Shown piece by piece: positions 44,141 to 55,845 of a stretch of 64,000 nucleotides of DNA. The position numbers and the translations under genes are program-made. Origin of the DNA: Emiliania huxleyi CCMP1516 (taxonomy: Eukaryota); assembly GCF_000372725.1 (NCBI RefSeq), contig NW_005202428.1:1597331-1661330 (forward strand), given 5' to 3'. The notes under the pieces are model-generated. The model had not been told where the DNA came from. It searched no databases and saw only the letters and a program-made list of their open reading frames with translations. Position 1 is the stretch's first letter, and every line of letters begins with the position of its first letter.

Positions 44141-45050
44141 GTTAGGTTAGGTTAGGTAGGAAGGTGAAGAACAGCCAGGCTCGGACTGGACACCTTGCAG
44201 GATAAGCTGTGGTCCGCTCCCAGTCTGGGCGTGGTCGAGACCGAGGTGCCGAACTGAGAGCCACTCCTGGAGGCTGCCTCCGGCCACCGCTCGACTACCC
44301 ACGCACATGGCCGGTCCTGTGGCTTGCCTGGACTCGCTCAGAAGCCTCAATTCGCGCACACCTTTGCTCTCTGGCTCCCGCGAGTGCGTTTAGGCCACTC
44401 AAAGCAGGCGACGCCGAGCACCCGCAACGCATCTCGCTGGGGCGCCACCTATCGACCCGACTGATTGGCAGCATCAAAGCCGACCCCATGACGGTCCTTC
44501 AGCCCCATGAGACAGGCAGTTTCGCCCTGATCTCGGTCCAAGACGGCCAACGCCGTGTCCGGCACCTGCTGGCTGCTTCACGGGGATGCCCCCCCCGGAC
44601 ACATGCTGCAGCCCCGAGTGGATGTATTGGTCGTTTGTGGGTCCCACAAGACTACTCTAGTAGGGGCCGGGCGCTGGAGCGTCGGCGGTACACCTGTGCA
44701 GATGTTGCACGGGTGAAATGGCTCCTCGTACAGGGTAGGAGGCAGGTGGTGGGTTTGAGTGTTGTGAGTGCTTGCAGCTGCGAGTGCAGCACCGTTTGTG
44801 ACTCCCATGGATACAGTTGGGTGGGCCACGGTGCTGGGGGGCGGTCCGGTGCGCCACAACAGCCTCCCCGGCTGACCCCCATCCAGTTCGGCACCTCCAT
44901 CCTGACCGTGGAACCCCAACCTCAACCGGTCATATCTCGGGCGGACTGGCACCTCAGGAGCTCATCCTGGGCGGTTTGGGGGAGTCTTGGGGGTGTACTT
45001 GAAGGTGGTAAACAGAGTTTTGCACCGCAGCTTAACCGAGGGGCGTGCTG
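44141..45050 (-). mobile_element. Putative second retroposon 3' end with a (CCTAA)n tail; inner limit uncertain
   Basis: Terminal ~35 bp match 308-345, followed by a short-repeat tail. Confidence 0.4.
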
Positions 45051-45202
45051 AGCACCGTGAAAACAGCGGACCACAGCTTACTCGAGTATCACAGGAACCC
45101 AGGAGAAAAACTCGCCCGTCGAGCTGTCGGCTCCTCCGCGCGGCCAGGCAGACTCACAATCTACAGAGAGAGAGAGAGAGTCTGCAGGCGGTCGTACACG
45201 TG

Positions 45203-47493
45203 ATGCTCAGCTGCTGCCTCGCCGCCGCCGCTCTCAGCGGCCCCAATTTTGTCACGCCGCTCCTCCAGTCGGGCAGTGTTGCCGACGCGCAGGCCGCCTC
45301 CCGCGTCTCACTGCCTGGCTGGAGTGGCGACCTCTACTCGGGTTTCTTCACGGTGGACGCGGCGACAGCGAGCAACACCTACTTTGTCTTTTCAAAGGCA
45401 CTCTCCAAGCGCGACGACGCGCCCGTCCTCCTCTGGCTCAACGGCGGCCCCGGCGCATCCTCGCTGCTCGGCTTTTACGAGGTGCGGCGTCAGTTAGGAC
45501 GCGTCACGGCTGGCTCACACTCACACCGCCTCTTGACAATATTGTCTCGCACCGCGAGACGCAGCAACCCAAATGGTCGGGTCCTCGAGGATGGTCGGGG
45601 CTGCCATGTCACATGGATCTCGGGCGCGCCTCGCAGGAGCTCGGTCCGTTTGGCATCTCGGCGGCCGGAGATATCGAGCCGCGGACGGTCAACTGGAACA
45701 TGGACGCCCACCTGCTCGCGCTGGACAACCCGCTCGGCACCGGCTTCTCCTTCACCCACTCGCTCGACCGCATGGCCACCAACCAGACCGTCGTCGGCGA
45801 GGACCTCTACTCCGCGCTCCAGCAGTTCTTCGACCTCTTCCCGGAGCTTCGCGCCAACGAGTTTTACGCGACCGGCGAGTCCTACGCGGGCAAGTACATC
45901 CCGTCCGCCGCGTACGCCATCCACAGCCACAACGCAAAGGCTGCGCCGCCGCGGCGGATCAACCTGCGCGGGATCGCCATCGGCGACGGCGCCTTTGACC
46001 CGCCCACGCAGCTGACCGGCTTCGGCCCGCTGCTCTTCTCGCTCGGCCTCGCGGGCGGCGGAGCCAGGCCGAGTTTCCTCTGCGGGAAGTCTTCAGACGA
46101 GCAGCCGTGAACAGGCCTCGCGGACGCCGACCAGGCAAAGGTGTACGAGGCGTACGACCGAAAGGTGGAGAAGGCGCTCGCCAAGGGAGACACGGTGGCC
46201 GCCCCTTCGCTCATGCCCTCCCTGCCTCGTGCCCTGCCTCGTCCCCCTCGTCCCGTCTCCCCTCGTCCCTCCCCTCGTCCCTCCCCTCGTCCCTCCCCTC
46301 TTCCCGTCTCCCCTACGCGAGCCCCGAAGAGGCGCCACGCTCACGTGCGGCAGAGTCCGCTTTCCGCCGTGCCCTTTCCATGACATGTCCGGGACATGTC
46401 CTGGACATGTCCTGCAGGTGGCCGCCTTCCGCGCCTTCGACGAGGAGCTCCGCGGGGAGGAGCGTGCAGAGCCGCTCCAGCGCAGGCCGCTAGACTGAGC
46501 CTTCTCGGAGTGTGCGCTGTAGGAGCTCAACGGCGACTACTTCCAGGGTACCTTCTACGCCAACACGACCGGCATGGGAGGCAACTACTTCAACTTCGCG
46601 CAGCCCCCCTCGGCGGGGCTCGGCGACCCTCGACCCTTCGTGGGCTGGCTCGCGCGTCCAGAGGCGCGAGATGCAGCCGAGAGGCGGCCGAGAGGCGGCC
46701 GAGAGGCGGCCGAGAGGCGGCCGAGAGGCGGCCGAGAGGCGGCCGAGAGGCAGCGAGGCCGCCCGCCCGCTGTGTTGAACGAGGCGCGGCTCACGCCCCC
46801 CCCTCACCCTGCGAGCAGGTGCGGGAGGCGCTGCACGTCGGCTCGGTGCCGTACGCCATCTTCAACCAGACCGTGGAGACACAGCTGCTCGCCGACTGGA
46901 TGGTGGGCGTTGTGCCACAGCTGCAGGCCCTGCTCGATCACTACCGCGTCCTGATCTACTCCGGCCAGAATGACGTCATCCTCGGCCCCCCCGGCACCGA
47001 GCGCGCCGTCAACAAGCTGCAGTGGTCGGGCTCCCGCAGCTATGCCGCCGCAAAGACGGAGCCGATGTACGGACCCTCGGTCGCCGGAGGAGCCGCGGAC
47101 CTGATGGGGTATGCGCGACGCGCCCAAGGCAAGTCGTCCAACTTTACGTGCGTGCTGCTCCGCGGCTGCGGCCACTCCCAGGTGGCCCCAGATGCCGCGA
47201 GATGGCCCGAGAGTAGGTACGTGCTGCTCCGCGGCTGCGGCCACATGGTGCCCACCGACCAGCCGGTGCGCGCGTACGAGATGCTGCGCGCGGCGCTCGT
47301 CCCGATGGCGCCGCTGCCGCTCACCGCCGTCGCCGCCGCCGCCACGGCAGCGGTCGAGGAAGCGGCGCGCCAGGCACTCGGTTCGCTCGAGAAGGCGCAA
47401 GGCGGCGCCAATGCCGCCCGCTCCCCGCTCCGCGCTGCCGGCACGCCATCAAATTTTCTGGACGTGGGCCCTTGCGGACGCGTCGCCTGCTAG
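45203..47493 (+). CDS. Serine carboxypeptidase (peptidase S10, CPVL-like), multi-exon
   Basis: Signal peptide, YSGFF, LWLNGGPGASSL, DNPLGTGFSF, catalytic GESYAG, YSGQND and GHMVP.DQP. Confidence 0.95.
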
Positions 47494-47703
47494 GCCCAAG
47501 ACCGCACGCCTCAAAGCCGATAGGGTGCGTGTTCCAGGTGTGTGCGAATGCGACACGTGTGTGGGGGGGGGGGGGGAGGTCGGGACGGCGAGGGGTGTGT
47601 GGTGCTTCTCAGTGTGCTTGAGCTTGTGCACGAGCACGTGTGGACGGGAGGTGGTGTGTGAATGCTGAATCTGAGAGAGAGAGAGATTTAGCAATACCTT
47701 AAA

Positions 47704-48469
47704 GGCTAGTGCCATTTCACTGTGGCACAGCTCGCGTACAAAACCTTGATTTGACCATTTGCGCCATTTTGTCCCTCTCGGTGCCTTACAGAGTGCAGCT
47801 GCGTAGCCTCCGCCAAGTCGGACGAAGGGGCATCTCGGACAGGTGGCGCGGAGTGACCTGCCCGTCCACTCGGCGGGGTCGCAGCTGCCTCTGCGCGTCC
47901 TGGGTAGGGACAACTTTGTCGCCGCCGCCGGCGACTCGACGCCGCCGAGATCGGAGATCAAGCTCTGACAGGTCGCACGTCGCTCCTTTGACGCCGACGT
48001 GACTCACCCGTGCAGATCACATCAGGACACGGTCTCGACGCGCTCGGTACGACGCCTGCGACCCGTCTCGGGTCAGGTGGCACGACGCTCATCGCGCCCG
48101 CCAGCGCTGCCATGCAGGTTGCCACGACGAGGTCGAGAACGCTTCTATATGCTCGCCGAGCCTTCCTTTCCATCCCATTAGGCAGCCTGGGAACGGTGGC
48201 GGTCAGAGGCAAAGCCTACGAGGGGTGGTGGAACCACATGTCACGGCTACTGCCGGCTCGACCCCACGATAGCCTCCGAAGGCTGACTTTGCGGCACCAT
48301 CACGGACGATGTCGACGAGTTGGGTCGCTCTCGCGGTAGCCAGATGACCTCTCATACTAGGATCATCGGCCATGGCCGCAGGGAGCGCGGGGAAGGGCGC
48401 TGGAAGCAACACGGAGCTCCCTTGGAGACGTTTTCAAGATTAGCGTGTCAGAGTGAAATGGCACTAGCC
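47704..48469. mobile_element. 766-bp TIR element nested in the retrotransposon 3' end
   Basis: GGCTAGTGCCATTTCACT (47704-47721) and AGTGAAATGGCACTAGCC (48452-48469) form a perfect 18-bp inverted pair, with AAA on both flanks. Confidence 0.7.
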
Positions 48470-49450
48470 AAACAACTCTAACTCACACGTCATTTCACAT
48501 TTGGGGCCTGGAGCCCTGTTCACGCGCGCGCGAGACGTGCAGACAGGGTTGCCAGGTGAGAGCGAATGGCGCGGTTCACGCCTCGCACAACAGAGAGAGA
48601 GATGCGCTCTGCATGGTGGGACATAAAAGAGAGCGAGTACTTGGCTCTTGGGCGAGTAGGCCGTGCGGTCGACGCTGCCGCGCGCGACTTTGCGCGCGAG
48701 GCGGCGCAGCTTGAGAACGGCGGTGGGCGAGAAGCCGCCGCCGAACGTCTCGTGGAGCAGCAGGTTGAAGTTGTTGCGCTTGACAAAGATCGCGTCATGG
48801 TAGAAACCGCGATGCGCCTTGACGTAGCCGTGGCCGTTCTTGTGGTCGAAGGGTTGGCCGGGCTGCCCGCGCGCCTTGCAGCCCATGTTTAGGCGGCGGG
48901 CCTTCTCTTCGGTGTTGCCGAAGGCGTAGGAGTGGCCAACGGAGGCGGGCGTGCCGCCGCTCGAGGCGTTACCAACGCCCGCCGAGGAGGTCTTGAGGAG
49001 GGGCGTCCAGAGCTTGATTTCATTCACTTCATCGCATCCTCCCGGCCCAGCGTGGGGTTCCGCGAGGTCGACCTTGTACCCCTCGTTGTACTGCCGGGTG
49101 AGCTCTGGTTTCTCCTTGTCACCGTGCACGACCGGCGCGTTGGCCGGGGCGCGCATCGCGTCCGCCCAGGCGGCGAGGACGCCGTCGTGGGGCCGCCGGT
49201 GGTGGGCCTTGTTGTAAAGGTAGTCGCCGAAGAAATCGACTGGCATGCCCCGCTCGAGCGCGACCCGAAGGGTGGGAAGCGCCACGGAGAGCAAAGGCCG
49301 AGCTTCCGCTGGAGCTCGTCCTGGAGGGTGTCGGAGGAGAGGGCGGTGGCGTACGTGCCGTCGACACGCACACGGACATCGAGGGCCTTGCCGGCGAAAG
49401 GCGTTGAGGCGGAGACGAAGCGCGCGGCTTCGCGGTTGTTGACGGCGCTG
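48470..49450 (-). mobile_element. 5'-truncated CRE-like retrotransposon copy
   Basis: Near-identical to ~42430-43255. Ends HHAERISLSVVRGVNRAIR, the RLE-clade 'RLS..QRGNA' region. Confidence 0.8.
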
Positions 49451-49822
49451 TTTTGTGAATCTGTGTGTCTGGGACACTCGAGACTCGCGGACTCTCGAGA
49501 AATCTCCGAGACTGGGTACATGGGGTGTACGAGTACGTATGTACACACTTTCACAAAGACGCTCGGGTCTCTCAAAAACACAATACGCGCCCGGCCTATG
49601 AGAGCACGTCGCCACCAGAGTCCACTTTGGTTCCTCTCGTCGCGCTTCCCCCGTCGCCGCCTGCGCTCGGCGACCGTTCGCTGCCGCCGAGCGACTTCAT
49701 GCTCTGGAGCAGCTCCTCGAACTGCGCCTGCTCCTTGCTCTCGGCGAGCCGGCGCGGCGCCTTGTGGGCGAGAAGGGGGCGCGGCCATGATCACAAGAGT
49801 TGCCGCCGTCAAGAGAGTGCCA

Positions 49823-51067
49823 TCAGAGGCTGCTATCGGAGGTGCTCTGGGCACGGCATGAGGCGTGGCTGTCATGGTATTGTGCTGGGGCACGCACCTC
49901 TCCAGGCTTGTCCCCCTCGGACGCCGCCGCCTCCGCCGCCGCTGCCGCCGCCGCTGCCGCCGCCTGCTTTTGCTTGCTGCGCTGGCGCTCCTTGCGCCGC
50001 CGGTTCCGCTCCGACGTCGCCGCGTGCTCCGTCCGCTCCTGCTGGCTCGGCACCTGTTCAAGGACCCCGCCCTCATCCGACGGCCTCGACGCCCTCTCCC
50101 GCTCCGGCACCGGCTCGGCACCGGCGTGCGCAGCTCCGACTCGAGCCACTCGCTGCCGCCTGCAAAGCAAGGTCACTGCTCGCCGCGCGCCGGTCCTGAG
50201 GCCGCTCCTCTTGGGCGGCTCCTCTCGGCTGATCTCGCCTCCTCGCGCCTCCTCGCGCCTCCTCTCGCCTCCTCTCGGCCTCCTCTCAGCTGCCTCTCTG
50301 CTGCACGTCTGCTGCCTCTCTGCTGCATGTCTGCTGCATGTCTGCTGCCTCTCGGCTGCCTCTCTGCTGCACGTCTGCTGCCTCTCTGCTGCCTCCCTGC
50401 TGCATGCCAGCTCACCGGTCCAGAGGTCCGTCCTCCGGAAGGTCGGGTCCCACTTCATGATGCGGATCGACGGCGCGCGCGCCGACGGGTTGGTCGGGTG
50501 GGAGATGCCTGTTCACAGCGGGAGGTGTGCAGACACGCCACTCGCAGCGCGCCGACCGACTGCTGCGGCCGAGGTGCTGCCGCGGATGTAAAAGACGAGC
50601 TCGTTGTGGCAGACAAACCCGCGCGTGAAGTGTCGGATGTCGCCGAGGTCCATCCGCTCGCGAAGCTCGTCGATCTCGGCGGCCCGCTTCCCCTCGATCT
50701 GCGCGATTTCCTCCCACCAAAACTTGAACTTCTTCTGCGGAAGCAGCTGCACAATGAACCAGCCGCGGCCGAGCGACCGGTAGGCGGCGCAGCGCGCAAT
50801 CGCCTCCTCCTCGGAGCAGTCGAGGAAGCAGCGGCGGACGATCCACTCGTGGATGGCAGCCTCGACGCGCAGCAGCCAGCGCCGCATGCCCTCCGCCTCC
50901 TCGGGCCGGCTCGCCTGCATGATCGCCGCGAGCGCAGGGTTGGCGGAGAACGGCATGAACTTTGCGTCGTTCGAGCTGAAGGGCAGCACGGAGCGGAGCC
51001 CGTCCTGGCCACTTCGTATTTGGCCCTGCGCCTTGGCCTTCTCCTTCTCAGACTCTTGCGCCGACAT
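49823..51067 (-). CDS. Hypothetical protein, probably spliced
   Basis: 184-aa protein-like ORF at 50513-51067, with downstream charged or coiled-coil segments separated by repeat-rich intron-like DNA. Confidence 0.45.
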
Positions 51068-52167
51068 AAGAACGACACCTCACTGTCTCACGGGCGCGTG
51101 CTTGGCGCCAGGGCTGAAACGCGGTGGGGCAAGAAGAAATTCGCGCGACGGCGGGGTGCGCACTGTGCCTCCCTTGGGTTGTCTGTTTTCTTTCTTTCTT
51201 TCTGTGCCTCTGTGTCCGTGCGTCGCCCATCTCTCCTGGAGATGCCTGCTCTATTTATTTATTATAGCGTCGCAAGAGCAGGAGAACTAGGAGAGCGCAA
51301 CCAGTAGGAGGCCCCGCCTGCCCCCGTGCCGCCGGGTGCATGCAACCTGCCTGTCCTTCCTATACGAGAGAGCAATCCCTGGGACCCTGTCGTGTGGGTA
51401 AACCCAGCACACGAGCTGGATCTTGTAAGGACGATCAGGGACACAGGGGAGAACGGGGGCGGGGAGCGCATCGCGACACGGAGCGGGGCTCCTACTAGGG
51501 CTCCTACTGGGACGAGGGTTCACCCACACGACGACACGGACCCAACAGGCAACAGCCCAGGGACACGCCAAAACCTGTCCTGTACGAGAGGGACCCTGTC
51601 GCTGTCTTTCTCCCACCCCTCGTTGGCGTGTCCGTTTTATGTATTTATACTAGGCACGGGACTGGAGAGAAGAGACAGTCCGAGAGGCGAGAGTCTCGAG
51701 TCTCGTGTGTCGTGATTTCTTGTTGGTTTTGACTTTTGTCTGAGTATGTCCTCGCCACACAGCACACTATTTTTTTATTGCGCGTTTCGATAGGACGTTC
51801 GTGTCCATCTCGTTTCGTTCCTATATTCGACGCGCGTCTTGCTCATATGCGTTCAGCCGCTTCCGATCGTCGTCGTTCCGATTCGTTTTCCATCCCCCTA
51901 GATGCGCGCCTGACGTGTGACGAAATTCACTTGCGCTCGCGCTCCAGGGACCAGGCGCGCAGGCGCCCACCCCAGGGCCCAGGCGCTCTCCTTTGTACAT
52001 ACATAGGCACTTTACTGTGCTTTCTAGTCCTCCTTGAACCACGCCCTGACTCCGCCCCTCTCGCATGTACTAAATGCGCCAGACCGTCCGCGAGCCTCTG
52101 CGATTGAGGACGGGGGGAATGTGCCAGTCCAGTGTGTGTGTCCCCGCCCGGGCCGCGACGACTCCCG

Positions 52168-52233
52168 CTACGCCTCCTCGTCTTCCATCGCCTCCTCCCC
52201 GTCCTCGTCCTCTTCCATCGCCTCCTCGTCGCC

Positions 52234-52287
<54 letters not shown>

Positions 52288-55200
52288 CTCCATCGCCTCC
52301 TCGCCCTGCTCCGCCTCGCCCTCCTCGTCGTCGCTGTCTACCACGACGCGCTGCTTCCGCCCGCCCGCCCGCGCAGCGGCCGCCGGACCCGCCGCCTCGC
52401 CGCCCTCCTCGCCACCCTCCTCGCCGCCCTCCGCCTCACCCTCCTCCTCGTCGTCGCTCTCGACGATCCGCTTGCGCCGCTTGGCTGGTCCCGCGCCGCC
52501 GTCCGCGCCGGCGGCCTCGTGCCGCGCGGCCGCCGCGTGCTCCGCCTCCTCGCGGGCGAGGCGCGCCGCGAGCCCTCCGTGGTCCGCCTCGTGCTCGGAG
52601 TCGTCCTCCTCCGCCGCCGCCTTCTTGCGCGAGGCGCGCGCCTACCGGGAGTCTCACGGCCGCGTCAGAAGGATCGCCTCCTCCTCCGCCCTCTGGCACG
52701 CGCAGGCGCGCCTTCTTGCGCGCGGGGGCGGCGGCCTCGGGCGCGGCGAGGTCCTCCTCCTTTGGCTGCCACACGCCCTCGTGCTTCGCGAAGAAGCTCG
52801 TCATCGTGCTCGACTGCGCCGCTGGCGCCGGCTTGCCCCGCTTGCCCGCCCCCTTGCCGCCCGCCTTGCCTGCGACAGTCTTGCCCGCCACCGCCTTGCC
52901 TCCGAGCTTGTCCGCCTTGCGGCCCGCCGCCGCCTTGGCCTTGGCGGTGCCTCCGACCCGCCCGCCGCCGCTCCGCGCCTCCGAGGCGGTGGGCGTTGCC
53001 TTGCGCGGCGCGCGTGCCTTTGGGGCGGGAGGGATGCGTCAGAGGGGCGTCGAAGGGATGCGTCAGAGGGACGCGTGAGAGGGACGCGTCAGGGGAGGGG
53101 GTGGCGGTGGCGGTGGTGGGCAGGCGGGGTGGCGAGGGGATTGGCGGCGACGGCGGCGACGGCGACGGCGGTGGCGGTGAGTGTGGCCGTCGGCTCGGGG
53201 CGATGGAATGGCGGAGGTGGCCGCGACGGGGCATGCGAGGGGAGGGGGAGGGGCGCGTTGGGTGGCAGCAAAGGAAGCGAGACAGTCGCCGGGTGAGGGA
53301 TAGGGGTTCGGGGCTAGCGATGCTCTAGCAGCCCCGCGCCTTTGGCGGCTCTGGCTTGCGCGGGATGCGCCTAGTGGACAAGTCCCGGACACGTCCCGGA
53401 CACGTCCCGGACACGTCCCGGGTGCAGCGTGTGGGCGCGCACAACGGGCGGCAGCCGGTCAGTGGGGCGGAAGGAAGGGGCGAGAGGGGGGNNNNNNNNN
53501 NNNNNNNNNNNNNNNNNNNNNNNNNNNNNNNNNNNNNNNNNNNNNNNNNNNNNNNNNNNNNNNNNNNNNNNNNNNNNNNNNNNNNNNNNNNGGGGGGGGG
53601 GGGGGGGGTTCAACGGAGGGAGGGGCGGGGAGGGGAGCTGTCTCGGGGGTGGCACGCGCATGCCGGCCGCCGCGGCGGCGATGGCGCCGCCAACGTAGCT
53701 AAAGGCGCGCGAGCGGGCGAGCCGCGTCTGGCCGGCGGCCGGCGGCGGCGCGGCCGCGCGCTTGGGCGGGGGCGGCTTGGGCTTGGGCTGCTGCTCGAGC
53801 GTGTCACGCCGCGTGAAGTCGTCGTGCAGGAAGGCGAAGAGGTCGGCGGAGCGGGCGCCTGTCAGTCAAGAGGGGATGCGGACGTGCTCATGGATGCTCG
53901 GCAAGGAGCGGGCACCCTTCGCGGGGGTGGCGCAGAGGAGGAGAGAGGAGGAGAGAAAAGAGGAGACGAGAGTAAGAGGAGAGGAGGAGAGGAGGAGAGG
54001 CGAGGCGAGGCGAGGCGAGGCGAGGCGCGACCGTAGATGGTGCGGCCGAAGTCCTGCAGCGTGACGGTGCGGCGGCGCTCTCGGCGCGCGGCTTCGGAGC
54101 TCTGCTCGGTGAGCATCGCCAGGAGGAGCTCTGCCGACTTGGCGACGAGGAAGGCCCCCTGACGAAAGGGGGGGGGGGGGGGGGGCAAGCGGTGAGAGGT
54201 GTCCTCAAAGTGCTCTGTGGGTGTGGGCGTGTGGACGTGTCTCGTGAGTGTCTTCGGCGGGGATCTGGCGCCTCCTTCGAGAGGCTCTTGATGCCGGGGT
54301 CGACCTCCGGCTTGCTCTCCTATCAGCCGAGAGTCACCGGGATGAGCCGAGGTGTGAGTCGAGATGAGTCGAGATGAGTCGAGATGACCCGCCGGGGCCA
54401 CCGGCGAGGGGGAGGGGAGGGAGAGGTGAGGGCGGTGAGGGTCGTCTCGCGTCTTCTTCTTCCTTTGTCGTTTTGAGGCAGGAGCGGGCAGGGCGGTGGT
54501 GGAGACGGAGGCGGCGGGGAGGGCAGTGGTGGAGGCGCGGGCGGCGGGTTCGGTGGCGGTTGCGAGGGCGACGGCGGTGAAAGGAGGGCAGAGGGCGAGG
54601 GTTGCCTTCATCGTCTTGCGCACGCGCGCCACCGGGAAGGCGGTCTGGCCTGCCTCCACCTCCGTGCCGCCGCCGCCTCCCCTCCCCGGCGCGGGGGCCA
54701 CCGCCTCGCCCCGCTTCTCCGCCTCGTGGTATGCCGCCAGCTCTGCCGCGTGGCGAGCCTGGTCGGCGAGGGGGGCGGCGGTGAGGGCGGGAGGAGAGAG
54801 GCGGCAGCGGGGAGGGCAGCAGCGGTGGGGGATGCAGCGGGGAGGGATGCAGCGGTGGAGGGATGCAGCGGGGAGGGATGCAGCGGTGGAGGGATGCAGC
54901 GGGGAGGGATGAAGCGGTGGAGGGTGGCGGGCCTTGTCTGCAGCGGCGCGCTCAGTCCACGGGGCCTTGGCGTCGTCGCTGAGCGCGCGCCACGCCTCTC
55001 CCGCCGCCTTGCTCGGCTTGCCCCCTTGCGTCTCCGTCAGCCAGTACGCCCACGGGGTCATCGCCTTTTTGGGGTAGGGCACCGGCGGCGCCGCCGGCCC
55101 TGCTGGCGGCTCTGCAGGCGTGCCGGGCGAGGGCGGGAGGTGCGCCGCATCGTCGTCGGCCGAGTCGGCCGGGCCCGCCGCGCCGTCGAGTGCGCTCGGC

Positions 55201-55607
55201 GAGCCCACCACTCGCTCATCCTCTCCCAGCTCCTCGCCGCCAGCCTCGCCCTCGCCCGCGGCACTGCCCTCGGACGCTGCGGCCGCCGCCGCCTCGGCGT
55301 CGGGCAAGCGGCCAGTCGTCCGCTGCGAGATTTCGGTCTCGGGCCCTACGTCGTCGCCCTCCACACCCGCACCACACATCGGGATCGGACTCGTCCCGAG
55401 GCCCACCGACTTGAGCACGGGCTGGAGCGCCGAGGTCCCACCGATGACCGCAGCTCCCTCGCCCTCGCGTAGCAGCACGGAGGGAGCGACCTCGGTGCTG
55501 ACGACAGCCGGGGCCGGATAAAAGCCTACCGTGTCGCCGTCCTCCTCCTGCGCCTTCGCCAGCGCCCCCTCGAGGAGCGACCAAGCTGAATCGGTCGCCC
55601 CAAGCAT
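52168..55607 (-). CDS. HMG-box plus H2A-type histone-fold (NF-YC/DPB3/CHRAC-like) protein with an acidic tail
   Basis: PYPKKAMTPWAYW...AGEAWRALSDDAKAPW...ADKARH (HMG box). FPVARVRKTMK..DP.IKSLSKEGAFLVAKSAELLL...RRRTVTLQDF (histone fold). D/E-rich C-terminus. Spans a gap. Confidence 0.8.
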
Positions 55608-55845
55608 CTCGGTCAGGGCTATTCGAGGCGCGCCAACCGTGCTGCGACAAGAGCGGGAGGCCGATTTTTTTCTTTTTATCTGTTTTCCCGAGAACCTGAC
55701 AGAGATAACCCCCCCAAATTCTCGATTCCTCGGGAAACTAGAGAGGAAACGAGAGGGTGCTGTAGAGAAACACGGAAAGGAAACGAGACGGGGTGAGCGA
55801 GGAAACATGGCTCATGGGTACAGCCTAAGAGGGAGGGCCAATTCC

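Noticed and set aside
44141..44160. TTAGG repeats as an interstitial telomere
   Set aside because: Only about three units, not TTAGGG, and better explained as an element tail.
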